NCBI GenBank assembly: GCA_965153355.1
Contig: OZ231126.1
Location: 19,778,001-19,842,000 of the forward strand
From: Flaccisagitta enflata
Lineage: Eukaryota
Reading direction: 5' to 3'
Length of the DNA: 64,000 bases
A program made the translations under genes and the position numbers. Shown here in pieces: positions 1 through 11,004 of this stretch. Position 1 is the stretch's first letter. Each line of letters starts with the position of its first letter. Below the pieces are notes generated by a model, which worked only from the letters and a program-made list of their open reading frames with translations, did not search any database and was not told the DNA's origin.

Positions 1-427
1 AAACACCACTATAAAGCATGCATTTGCTCAGTCTCTTGGTAAGCGCTGATATGACGCTCAACTTTAGTAATCTAGTGTGCCAAATATTCATTTGTATGTG
101 ATATCGCACACCACTTTGCATATTTTTTATTCAATATCTAAATTATACAAACTTATTCATTGAAAAAAAAGAAGAAACATTCAAACATCAAGTAAATTAA
201 GAAATAATGAATGCTATGGTAAAAACAATCAGCTAGGAAAATAGTGTTTCATGATAACGGTGCCCCGCAATAAAGGCCAAAATTAAAGGGTCCCCATGGG
301 GCCGTTATCAAGGGGCAGGGCTGTATTTTGATGATGCCGACAATGCGAAAGCTATCGAAGAGAATGTAAAAACAGAATGTCTATTAGAATGTCACACTGA
401 CATTTCTGGCGACCGGACATTCGGGTA

Positions 428-518
<91 letters not shown>

Positions 519-1233
519 TTACTCTTGTGGCGTTTCTATCCAGTTTCTTATCATGTTTTCCCTTTTGTTCGTAATCGCGATTTTGACAAGATTTTCATTC
601 AAGCGTCAACGTAAATGAAATGAAATGAAATGAAATGAAATGAATTTATTCACAACACCCTCGGGCGCCTTACGGGCACCTTAAGAGGTAATTCTACACA
701 CCAACGAATGGCTACTCACATGAGTAGTCGTACTACACAATGGCCTAATTCCATAGATAAAAAAAAAACGGTCAGTTAATCGTAATGCCCTGACTGCACT
801 CAGTGCTAGAGCTAAAAATGGAAGAATGGTGGGTCTTCATCTTATGAGAATGGGGAGAAGCGCGTAAAACAATCATCTCAAGTGCTAGAGGTAGTAAGAG
901 ACAGATTCAATTGACAAGACTAGCTAATGACCGTGTGTACGCATTGATGTGGGATATTTTGTACGATTCGGTAAAAAGATTTTGGGGAAAAAATACAATT
1001 TGGCATTGTAAAAACATTGTTCAATAAAAAATCTATAGCTAATAAAAACATTAGTCTCGTCAGCTTATCAAGTACTCTTCGTCATCGCGGCAAGATAAAT
1101 AGGACCAAAAGATCGCCGTTTTAGCAAAAAGAAAATCGATGGGAGGGGGGGGCAATGGGTGGAATAGTACAAACAGAATCGTTGGAATGTGACCAGTTCA
1201 AGGGGCAGACCGAAATATTTTTTTTTTTTTTGT

Positions 1234-4167
1234 TTAAGCTTGATTCATTTTTACACAGCAATGATCAACATGAAAGTGACACAGGTAGCAATCTTCAGTT
1301 TCCGTCAATCCACTAAGCGCAACAAGTCTGTCTAAAATTGTGTCCTTGCCATTCAAATCAACGTACAAGCCATAATTTGCAACAAGATCTCTCGTTAGTG
1401 GTGAATCATTGAACATTTTTACCGATCGTTTGGCAGCGAATCTTTCCAATCTCTGTCTAAAAGTCTCAGCCATGAAAATTCCCCGAGCAGTTTCAGAGTT
1501 CATATGCAGAGGTAAATCAAAAATTTGTTTCAATGATCTCGTCAAAAAACTTTCCACTCTATCCCATTGTGAATTAGGCATATTGAGAAATGCAATACAA
1601 GAGTATTCAAAAGTGGACATGATTAAAGAATCAAAAACATTAAATATCATAGCACGGTCACTGTGGCCAATTCTTCTGTTCAGTCTCGCAATTGCACACA
1701 CTTTTGGATAATTGCTACTAATCAAGTGATCAATGTGTGTAGACCAGTTCCAATTATTTTCGAGATTTACACCTAGAAACTTAACACCTGATTTCCATGA
1801 GATCGTTTTTCCCATCAAAGTCACGTCCATTTCTTCCGCTCTGCCGATTTGTTGTTTAGAGTTTGAGAAGGCGACTATATCGGTTTTCGTCGGCGCCGGG
1901 TGGAGGCGCCATCGTCGGCACCAGTCTTCAAGGATACTAAGTCGGCGTTGGAGTAGAGCTACAGCTTCTCTCGCGTTGTTTCCTATAGTCCATAAAGCTG
2001 TATCGTCTGCATACAAACTCGATCCCTCGTCGTCGTCATTGATCAATGGTGCGTCGTGGGTGTAGAGGATGTATAAAGTTGGCGACAAGATGGCTCCTTG
2101 GGGCGCCCCCGAAGCCATTGTCACCTCCTCCGACATGATGCCATTTTCTTCAACGTATAAACGGCGATTTGTAACGAATGACGCAATTGTCCTTGTGGTT
2201 TTGGAAGGAAGTGGAAGTCGTCGAAGTCGATACTTCAGCACATCGTGGTCGAGGCGATCAAAGCACTTCTCAAGATCCACAAAGGCAGTGGCGGCGACGC
2301 GTTTTGTCTTCCGAACCGACGCCATTTGTTCGCCAAGTCTCGTAAAACACTCCTGAGTCGATCTTTTGGGGCGAAACCCTGCATGGAGCTCGGGAATAAT
2401 TGCATTAGCTTTGTCGGCAAGATCAATCGATTGTTTGAGCAGTTTTTCAAGTAATTTGCCAACGCAGCTCAAAAGGGAGATTGGCCTATAATTGGCAGAG
2501 TCATCACTTTTTTTCCCTGCTTTTAACACCATTTTCACACGAGCACGCTTCCAGGGACTTGGAAAGAAGCCTACCTGTATGCTGATGTCGAAGATGATTG
2601 TCAGAAGCTCGAGTGCGTTCTTAGGCAGCTGCTTGATCGTCTCGTTGTCAATGCCGTCGTCGCCCGCGGCCGTGTTTGTCTTCAAGTCGCGGATGATGTT
2701 GACGATATTGTTGTAGTTGACAATCGACTCGAGAAGCTCATCACCATTTTCGTTTGTTATTCTATGAGGTGTTAAAAATTGTTTATTTTCATTGTTGTCG
2801 TGTTTTATTGATTCAAACCATTTTTTGTCTCTTTCTTCCGGTGGACGTGGTTGATGGGTGTTCTTTAGTCTTTCTGCGTGTCTATTTACGATCTCCTTTG
2901 TATCTTTAGTCAATTGTCCATTTTCTTTCTTTAAATGCGTTATTGGTGCATTGTCTCTTTTTTTTCTGTTCATTAAATCGTTGAAAATTTTCCACTTCTT
3001 TTTACCATCTTTTGACTCCGCAATGAAATTTGTTTTCTTTTCAAAATCCATCATCTGATCTCTTTTAAGCAGTGATCTCATTTTTGACGTTGTTTTATTC
3101 AATTCAGTTTTTAAAGTTGTCACATCAACTCTATTTTTATTAGTTTTTATAAGATCAACTAGTCTTCTTCTCTCTTTTATCATTTCCCGCGTATCTGAAT
3201 TGATTTTAAAATCTTTTTTTATTTTCACTTTTTTTGTTGTCGTTGAGTTTGATTGTGCTCTATTGACAATGCAGGTGAACGCATTTACGCAGGCGTCGAT
3301 GCTATCACAAATTGACGAAATGTTGCAATCGTCAGTTTTAGCTTTCGCTTTTAGATCCATCAATGTTTGTTTCATTTCATTTATTTCATTATTGTTTTTC
3401 AATTCGTCCCTAAATTTCTTCCAATCTTTTATTTTTTTCACTCGTTCATCTTGATTTGTTGAATGATTTATCTTCATTATAATCGGGAAATGGTCACTTT
3501 CTGTTGGGGGCCCGATTTCAAATTCCAATATGTCATCAATCAATTTGTCGCTTGAAAATGCCAGATCCAAAATATTCCATTCACCATTAATTCGGCTGAC
3601 AAACGTAGGCGTGTCATTCATGATGTAATTAAGTCCGATTTCAGCAATAGAGTTAACAAGCTCTGTCCCTTGGTTAGTGTCTGTGCGGCTTCCAAATTCA
3701 AAGGCAGCACAATTAAAATCGCCGATTAAAAGTATTTTCTTATTGTTTCTTTTGTTCAATTCGTTCAGTTTGTTAAGGAAATTCTTGTTAATCGATTTAT
3801 TAGGGTGATTATAACAAGTCGCAATGATGATCTCATAATCTGCTATTTGTAGTTCGACAATTAGAGCTTCTTTACATTCTTGTTCTATCACTTTGGCCGT
3901 CCATTTTTCCGGGAAAAGTATACTAACGCCTCCAGCATAGTGTCGATTTTTTTCATCATTCCTTAACAAGGTTGAGTAACCATCAATATGTATGTTTTCC
4001 GCGCTTTGCGTTTTGACGTCATTGAAGATTGCTATAACATCGTGGCTCACTTCTAGCCTTTCAATTGCATCTAGTGTTAATCTTTGTTTTGATGGATTCC
4101 CGTTTCCATTTTGAAAGTAAATAGCGACGCTTTTATTCTTAGATGGAATACTATTTCTTCTGTCCAT
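1234..4167 (-). CDS. LINE ORF2: APE-type endonuclease + reverse transcriptase (977 aa)
   Basis: APE motifs QNGNG, GGV, YNHP, GDFN, LDLAF, SDHFPI; RT motifs YRPISLLSCVGKLLEK, GFR, FVDLEKCFD, GAPQGAILSPTLY, YADD, KFLGV; Cys/His cluster at the C-terminus (CYLCHFHVDHCC); no recognisable RNase H. Confidence 0.95.
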   Translation of the reverse strand: MDRRNSIPSKNKSVAIYFQNGNGNPSKQRLTLDAIERLEVSHDVIAIFNDVKTQSAENIHIDGYSTLLRNDEKNRHYAGGVSILFPEKWTAKVIEQECKEALIVELQIADYEIIIATCYNHPNKSINKNFLNKLNELNKRNNKKILLIGDFNCAAFEFGSRTDTNQGTELVNSIAEIGLNYIMNDTPTFVSRINGEWNILDLAFSSDKLIDDILEFEIGPPTESDHFPIIMKINHSTNQDERVKKIKDWKKFRDELKNNNEINEMKQTLMDLKAKAKTDDCNISSICDSIDACVNAFTCIVNRAQSNSTTTKKVKIKKDFKINSDTREMIKERRRLVDLIKTNKNRVDVTTLKTELNKTTSKMRSLLKRDQMMDFEKKTNFIAESKDGKKKWKIFNDLMNRKKRDNAPITHLKKENGQLTKDTKEIVNRHAERLKNTHQPRPPEERDKKWFESIKHDNNENKQFLTPHRITNENGDELLESIVNYNNIVNIIRDLKTNTAAGDDGIDNETIKQLPKNALELLTIIFDISIQVGFFPSPWKRARVKMVLKAGKKSDDSANYRPISLLSCVGKLLEKLLKQSIDLADKANAIIPELHAGFRPKRSTQECFTRLGEQMASVRKTKRVAATAFVDLEKCFDRLDHDVLKYRLRRLPLPSKTTRTIASFVTNRRLYVEENGIMSEEVTMASGAPQGAILSPTLYILYTHDAPLINDDDEGSSLYADDTALWTIGNNAREAVALLQRRLSILEDWCRRWRLHPAPTKTDIVAFSNSKQQIGRAEEMDVTLMGKTISWKSGVKFLGVNLENNWNWSTHIDHLISSNYPKVCAIARLNRRIGHSDRAMIFNVFDSLIMSTFEYSCIAFLNMPNSQWDRVESFLTRSLKQIFDLPLHMNSETARGIFMAETFRQRLERFAAKRSVKMFNDSPLTRDLVANYGLYVDLNGKDTILDRLVALSGLTETEDCYLCHFHVDHCCVKMNQA

Positions 4168-6229
4168 TTTGAAGCTGGAGGGGGTCTATGGTCTTCAACA
4201 TTTTTCTGCCATCATTTACCCTAGATCTGCTTCTGCTTCTGTCAGCCTGCTCGCTCCTGTTTTTCCTTGTTCTGCTTCTTCTTCCGTTTGCTCCACTTTC
4301 CACTTCTACGTTTTCCGCCGCTGGTGGTGGCGGCGGACGTTGAAATGTATCGGGAGGGGCTTGAGAGGACGATGCTGATGTGAGGTTGGCGATCATGAGG
4401 GCAGTTTTTGGAAGTGTAGAGTTGCTATTGTCTGACGTGATTGACTGCATTGATGCTGACGACTCTTTACAACTGTTATATACACTGTCGTCCTGCAAGC
4501 TCGTCGGCGGGTTTTGAAAGTTTTGGAAATGATTAACAATTGATTTCACGTTTGCGTTTCCTGTATTTTTATTAACGATTTCTTGTTGCATTTGCCGTAA
4601 GTCTTTCCTTAATATTTTCGCCCTAGATGCTGCTTCTTCCGAAATTATTTTTGATAACTCTTTTTCGGTTTTTCCTTTTTTTATTTTAATTGTTGTTGGC
4701 GGTAGGCTGATCGTGAAGGTTGTCTGATCCTCCTTCAGAGAAGCTGCTGTGGGAGTTGATGGAAGACCGGCTTGAGATCCCAATTGCTTGTCGTTTGCGT
4801 CTCTTCGGCCTGTTGGAAGGGGGGTAGAAGTACAGTCATTCCTGTTTATTTCCCTTTCAAAATTTCCCTCTTCATTTTCACTTTCTTCTTCCTCATCTTC
4901 ATCATCTTCGATGTACCTTTCCATCAGAGCAGCAAGATGCGAAGTCGCCGCTCGAATGTCGGAGGCTGATTTTGACATTTCAGTCGCAAATGATTTCGCT
5001 GCCTCTTGAAAGAAGTTTTGAGAGTGAAGTTGAAACGATTCCGCGACGGCTTCTTTGACTGCTTCTTTTATGGCCGCATTTAGCTGTTCTTTGTCAATTC
5101 CATTTGCCCCCATGGTTTGCTGCGGGGGGCCAGATTGCGCCGTGGGCGGCGTCATTTGATTCCAGGCGGCGCCATTCCATTGTCCTCTTTGCGTCAATGC
5201 TGACGTCATTTCCGGTTGAATTATCCCACGAATGGGCGGGAAATTTGACGATGTCCCACTTGGAACTTCCTGTGGTGCAAGACGGGAAGATGTTGGCTGT
5301 TGCTCGTTGATGCTTCCGGATTCTTTTGCCGCTTTTAGGACTTCACATCTTGGATCATTTGAGGAATGATTTCCTTGGCAGTTGGCGCATAGATATTGCT
5401 CCTTAGGCGCCAGACAACTTGAATGATGATGACGGAGACTGCATTTCATGCATTTTCTTTCTTCTCGGCAATTTGAAGTTTGATGGCTGTTCACTTTTTG
5501 ACATTTGTGACATTGTGTCAGTTTTGCCGGGATGTATCTTTTCGCACTGTGATAGAACATTTTTATAAATATTCCTTCTTTTACTGCCCTTTCTATCTGG
5601 ACTTCTTCCTCCAAAAAGATTTTGACTGAGCCAGTCTCTGCACCGTCCATAGCTCTCTTCATTCTTTTTGCGGCGGCCGGTCTGAAATTGCGCTTACGCA
5701 TTTCTTCCAAAATGATTTCCTCAGTGAAGGAACTGTCGACGCCGTTGATTATCACTGCGGTTTTTGCTCTTGACTTAGGTGCAGGGGCCGGAACAATTCT
5801 ACTGTCTGTGCTCCATCTTTCTTTTTTCAACATAAGATTATAGTCTTTAGATGATGCAGGAAAGATGAGCACTCTTTTTGATGCCGTAATGATCACTTCC
5901 CTGATACTACTTCCGGCGGGTTTATTTCTGTCGACATATTCGGCAACTGCAGTCTTAGATGTATCGTCGGTGAACCAGCTGCCTTGAAGGTCGATGGCGT
6001 AGCGGCGTGGCGCAGCTTTAATTGCGTCATCAGTGACTTCGTCTGGTGTCGGGAGATTGGCGTCAATCGTGACTGCATCTGCTGCACTGGAGGCAGCCGT
6101 CGCGCCAGTCGTAAAGCTTTCCATGCTTCCGCCGGGTGTTCGTCCTTTTTTGCTTGTTTGTCCGTCGTGACTTAATTGATCGGGGCTGAGGCGACGCTTT
6201 TGGCGAACAGATTGAGGCGTAGTTTCCAT
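4151..6229 (-). CDS. LINE ORF1: gag-like nucleic-acid-binding protein (692 aa)
   Basis: Three zinc knuckles CHKCQKVNSHQTSNC, CMKCSLRHHHSSC, CANCQGNHSSNDPRC; acidic and RS-rich low-complexity C-terminal half; lies directly upstream of ORF2 and overlaps it by 17 nt. Confidence 0.9.
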   Translation of the reverse strand: METTPQSVRQKRRLSPDQLSHDGQTSKKGRTPGGSMESFTTGATAASSAADAVTIDANLPTPDEVTDDAIKAAPRRYAIDLQGSWFTDDTSKTAVAEYVDRNKPAGSSIREVIITASKRVLIFPASSKDYNLMLKKERWSTDSRIVPAPAPKSRAKTAVIINGVDSSFTEEIILEEMRKRNFRPAAAKRMKRAMDGAETGSVKIFLEEEVQIERAVKEGIFIKMFYHSAKRYIPAKLTQCHKCQKVNSHQTSNCREERKCMKCSLRHHHSSCLAPKEQYLCANCQGNHSSNDPRCEVLKAAKESGSINEQQPTSSRLAPQEVPSGTSSNFPPIRGIIQPEMTSALTQRGQWNGAAWNQMTPPTAQSGPPQQTMGANGIDKEQLNAAIKEAVKEAVAESFQLHSQNFFQEAAKSFATEMSKSASDIRAATSHLAALMERYIEDDEDEEEESENEEGNFEREINRNDCTSTPLPTGRRDANDKQLGSQAGLPSTPTAASLKEDQTTFTISLPPTTIKIKKGKTEKELSKIISEEAASRAKILRKDLRQMQQEIVNKNTGNANVKSIVNHFQNFQNPPTSLQDDSVYNSCKESSASMQSITSDNSNSTLPKTALMIANLTSASSSQAPPDTFQRPPPPPAAENVEVESGANGRRSRTRKNRSEQADRSRSRSRVNDGRKMLKTIDPLQLQNGQKK

Positions 6230-7805
6230 GGATTGGCACTTTTTTAGGTTTTTATCACTTATTTTCGTCGTTATATACTTCGTCTTTTCGTTTTGGTAGA
6301 TCAGATTGTCCGCGTAAAATCACAAGTAAAAATTCGATTAAAATCACGAGATTCAATGGCGATTTCCTGTAGGGTTTTCAAGTTTGGGCACAGATTTGTT
6401 TAAACAGGGGAAAAGAGAGCGAAAGGGCGAAGAAAATCACGAGGGAAAAAGATGATGGGAGTCAGCTTCGATCAGCTGTGACAATTTACCCACTATGCGC
6501 CGTTTAAGATGAAACAGTATCTTTTCCGTCGACGTTTTTCCGCGGGCCTTTCGGCCGCGGTCGTTTTACTTGTCACCAATTCCAGTTGTATATTTTCTTG
6601 ATAAAATGTCATTTGATTAATTTCGTTTCATTCCGTTTAAAGTTGTTGTCGGAGAAGCTTGATTGACGTTCACGATCGTATATCTTGGCCCTCGTCCTTG
6701 CCGCGATGTCCAGGGTACCTTAAACAAGTGAAGTAGTAGAAATTAGCTTCCATAGCTTCCGTAGCAATGTAACTGGTGGTGATGATTTCCGATGACTTCT
6801 GCAGGCCAACATTACAGTTTAAAGCCGCAAACACAGTCAGATTAGCTTCATTTTCGTCAATCCATGGTTGGCCAGAGAGTTAATGTCCCTTCGATGAGAC
6901 TTTCTTCTTCAAAATGACGATTGAGCTAAATGCGATTGTGTTTGGGTGAAGTTTGTTTGATGTAGTATACGGGAGTCTTAACAGGAGAATTCCGCAGCGT
7001 TTATTTACTTGAGAAAAAAAATAAAAAAATCTTCGCGTCTCCTGGCCGACTGAGATTATTCCACAAGCTGCAAAAGTAAGGCGATCATGTTCCGCCCCTT
7101 GTTTACTGATATGCATCCTAAATAACTCAATAACTCAACAGCATAACGACTATATAACTAAACAACTAGTTAATCCAACCGACCAACTGACCAACCATCC
7201 AAACCGACCAACTAACCAACCAAATAGGTCCAACCAGAACTCACCAGGTAAGGAAACGCACCCCAAGATTGACCAGGAATGAAGAGCGAATAACATTACA
7301 ACTGATAACTAAAGAAAGAAAATCAGCAATAATATAAATTCACAGAATGGGCAACAAACAGGGCGAACCAAAGAGAATATGCAATTACAAATAATCACAA
7401 AATGGTAAAAATCTAATGCGATATTCCACAAAAAGCTCTTAAAATCTGTTAAAAGCTGTTAAAAGGTTTTTAAGATTCCTCCCTCTGATAATAATGTCAC
7501 TTCTGAAATGAATATTGGGATAAAAGTAGTGATGATCCTGCTATGAGTTGCACCAGTCAATGGGGTTGTTGGGGTGATGTTTCTTCAGAACTGCTGCAGC
7601 AACAGCAGCATCAGCACAACTTCATTCCTAACCTATACTGATACGATAACTGATAGATTGTGATAAACTTTATCACAACTTCAACAATTGTCATTTTGGG
7701 TAACTTTTTGGTATTGGATATGGGGATTGGGTCCAATACCTTACAAATCGCATGAATCTTTGATACCAATTTGCTAGTCTTGCTGTATGACAAGATGATC
7801 AAAAC

Positions 7806-8259
7806 GTGGGGCAAATCGGGCCACCAGGAAAGTCCTTTAATTTCTTTGTTAGCAGATTTTTCATGGCTGTAAAAGGCAACATTTTCGGGCCCAGGAGTAG
7901 TTCTCTTTTTTCAGTATGTAAAATCGAACGAATTTGGCAATTAAGTAATTTAATCACACCCCAACTCAGCTCCTGGCATCCTGGCAAAAAATTTTGGGCA
8001 ATTTTGTGCGCCCCTAGAGGAATATGCAAATGAAGCTTTAAGTGGCCCGATTTGCCCCACCTGGGGTAAATCGGGCCACTACAGCTTTTTTCAAAAATAC
8101 GGGCCCCTATGGGGCTCACTCTGGAATTCATTATGTCAGCCCTAAACCTATGGATAAATGCTACCTTAACATGGAAATCATTTGCTTTGGAGGATAAATT
8201 TGAAAAATTCCCATTACAAAAACCGTAAAAGTGGCCCGATTTGCCCCACCCCCCCCTAC
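7806..8259. mobile_element. Non-autonomous DNA transposon/MITE or transposon end (Tc1/mariner-pogo-like)
   Basis: Motif GTGGGGCAAATCGGGCCAC at 7806, inverted copies at ~8042 and ~8231, and a direct variant at ~8062; the right end finishes CCCCCCC-TA. The left end may be truncated. Confidence 0.65.
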
Positions 8260-8271
8260 TTGTCAATTAAG

Positions 8272-9629
8272 GTTTTATACTACAAACTGTCGAAAGGGTG
8301 TCAGCCGTTTCCCTACGACCAAGAACATCCGCCAACGGACGAAAGAAACGCTCGCGAATGGAGAAGTATGTCTCATTCATGTCATGAATCTAACTACGGG
8401 GCTATTGGTAGTCGATTTTCTTTTGGTGAATACGCTCGGAATGGATGAACGGTTGACATTTTGGTTCTAGGTCAACTGGCACTATTGCCCTTCTTCTCTA
8501 GCTCTTAGAATTTGAACATCATATTTAATTTTCTTCAATCGCGTTTTGACTTGTCCTGTCTGTGCGAGACATATCATTTGCAGGTAGTTTGAGCACTGTA
8601 ACTACTTAAACAATCCACATTGTATCCTTCTCCCCATTTTGTCAGCCGGAGGGGATGGAACTGCCGAGAGTTGGGCGCAGCGGAAATCCGTTTTCAACCA
8701 CCGCCATTTCTCGCCTTCTTTTCACGAGTTTGTATCCGCGGCGTTGCATGGGGATCAAGATGAACGGCCATCGGCGGCCTCGCTGCTCAACCATCCATTC
8801 GTCAAACAAACCAAAAGATGCACCACGCAAGATCCACTTTTCTGCCTACTCAAGGTATGAAAGAACATGGGCTGTAAGAATTTTGTGAGAAAGTATGAAA
8901 AAAATGAAAGAAGGAAATCGTGAAAGGGGTAAATCTTAAAAGGAAACAAAATCTCGAAACAGAAAAAGAAAGAGAAACCTTGAAAGAGAGAAAGAGAATT
9001 CTGGAAAGAAATAAAGAAATCTAGAAAGAAATGTAGAATGAAAGAAAGAAAGAAAGAAAGAGAGAAAGAATTCTTGAAAGAAAGAATTCTTGAAAGAAAG
9101 AAAGAATTCTTGAAAGAAAAAAAGAATTCTTGAAAGAAAAAAAGAATTCTTGAAAGAAAGAAAGAATTCTTGAAAGAAAAAAAGAATTCTTGAAAGAAAG
9201 AAATAATTCTAGAAAGAAGAAAGAATTCTAGAAAGAAAGAAAAAATTCTTGAAAGAAAGATAGAATTCTTGAAAGAAAGAAAGAAATCTAGAAAGAAAGA
9301 AAGAAATCTAGAAAGAAATAAAGAAATCTAGAAAGAAATCTAGAAAGAAATGTAGAAAGAAAGAAAGAAATCTAGAAAGAAAGAAAGAAAGAAATCTAGA
9401 AAAAAAAAAGGAAATAAATAAAGAAAGAACTCTAGAAAGCAAGAAATCTGGAAAGAAAGAAAGAAATCTAGAAATAGAGAAAGGAAGAAATCTATAAAGA
9501 AAGTAAGAGGAGAAAAAAAAATCTAGAAAGAAAGAAAGAATAAAAATCTAGTAAGAATGAAAGATAGAGAGAAAAAAAAATCTAGAAAGAAATAGACAAA
9601 TCTTGAAAGAAAGAAAAGAAAAATCTTGA

Positions 9630-9713
<84 letters not shown>

Positions 9714-11004
9714 GAAAAAGAAAGATTTTGAAAGATAGAAAGAAAAAAATTTTGAAAGATAGAAAGAAAAAAATTTTGAAAGATAGAAAGAAAAAAATTT
9801 TGAAAGATAGAAAGGAAGAAAAATTTTGAGAAATAGAAAGAAAGAAAAATTTGAAAGACATTGGGGAAAAGCTCCTTCACTCGTTGCCTAGATAACCCCC
9901 TTATTTACTAGCTATTAGGATCATCTCAGTTTTTTTTCATGTGTTGTTTTTTCCTAAACGAAAAAGAGAAAAACAAAAACCGCTGTCCTAGTGGAAGAGA
10001 ACATTATGCTGATCTGGAATCTTTATTGTGAGTTTAACGAGGCAAGTATTTCTATTTTTAAGACGTCGGGACTGAAAATGAAAAAAGGAAATTGTTCAAA
10101 ATTATAAATTTTTGCTGATGGATAGAAAGGAAGAAAAATTTGAAAGATAGAAAGGAAGAAAAATTTGAAAGATAGAAAGGAAGAAAAATTTGAAAGATAG
10201 AAAGGAAGAAAAATTTTGAAAGATAGAAAGAAAGAAAAATTTTGAAAGATAGAAAGAAAGAAAAATTTTGAAAGATAGAAAGAAAGAAAAGTTTTGAAAA
10301 ATAGAAAGAAAGAAAAATTTTAAAAGAGAAAGAAAAATTTTTTTTAAAGATAGAAAGAAAGAAGAAAAATTTTGAAAGATAGAAAGAAATAGGAATTTTT
10401 TTTAAATATAGAAAGAAATAGGAAAATTTTGAAAGATAGAAAGAAAGAAAGAAAGTAAGAGAGATCTGGAAAAAAAAGAAAGAAAGAGAGATCTGGATAA
10501 AAAGAATGAAAGAGAGATCTGGATAAAAAGAATGAAAGAGAGAAAGAGAGATCTGGATAAAAAGAATGAAAGAGAGAAAGAGAGATCTAGAAAAAAATAA
10601 TGAAAGGGAGAAAGAGAGATCGAAAGGGGAAGAAAGGAAGAGAAAGAAAGGGGAAGAAAGGAAGAGAAAGAAAGGGGAAGAAAGGAAGAGAAAGAAAGGG
10701 GAAGAAAGGAAGAGAAAGAAAGGGGAAGAAAGGAAGAGAAAGAAAGGGGAAGAAAGGAAGAGAAAGAAAGGGGAAGAAAGGAAGAGAAAGAAAGGGGAAG
10801 AAAGGAAGAGAAAGAAAGAAAGAAAGATCTTGAGAGAAAATTCATATCCTTTGCTTCCAGTCGTTGCCGTCGGTTTTCGACCAAAATCTGAGTCACGGCG
10901 AATCCATGGGTAACCACACGTCGCCGCTTCCTCCGCGACCTCTCGGTCTCGCCCCCATCGTCAGATCCGAGTCCGACCTATCCGCCGCCTGGGACTTTGA
11001 CTGA
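8272..11004 (+). CDS. STRAD: STE20-related adaptor (STRAD)-like pseudokinase, 3' coding exons only (8272-8365 tentative, 8646-8854, 10861-11004)
   Basis: Exon 8646-8854 encodes [34 protein letters not shown], resembling the STRAD kinase-domain end (FSPHFHxFV...RPSASTLLNHSFFKQ). The final exon splices in frame and ends AAWDFD*, resembling the STRAD WEF motif. GT-AG sites with consistent phases (1, then 0). Upstream exons not found. Confidence 0.75.
8950..10830 (+). repeat. Purine-rich low-complexity / minisatellite intron (AAAG-based units; 24-bp unit at ~10620-10815)
   Basis: (AAAG)n interspersed with TCTAGA/TCTTGA/TTTGAAAGAT variants; tandem AAAGAAAGGGGAAGAAAGGAAGAG. Confidence 0.9.

Larger units (their letters stand above)
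613..6229 (-). mobile_element. Non-LTR retrotransposon (LINE, I/Jockey-group-like), apparently full-length coding region; the 5' UTR extends beyond 6229 but its boundary was not determined
   Basis: Two long overlapping minus-strand ORFs (gag-like, then APE+RT), a ~580-nt 3' UTR, AATAAA (+ strand TTTATT 645-650) and a (CATTT)6 tail (+ strand (AAATG)6, 613-642). No target-site duplication found. Confidence 0.93.

Noticed and set aside
1409-6175. Short plus-strand ORFs over the LINE
   Set aside because: Antisense shadows of the real minus-strand ORFs.
6230-7120. LINE 5' end and target-site duplication
   Set aside because: No repeat of the 3' flank (AAGCGTCAACGT) was found; the boundary is left unassigned.
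7799-8266. 155-aa ORF as a transposase
   Set aside because: It simply reads through TIR-like repeats; no HTH or DDE motifs seen.
9523-10917. K/E/R-rich and F/L/S-rich ORFs (also the many (ER)n/(SL)n ORFs from 30-64 kb)
   Set aside because: Stop-free reading of microsatellites.
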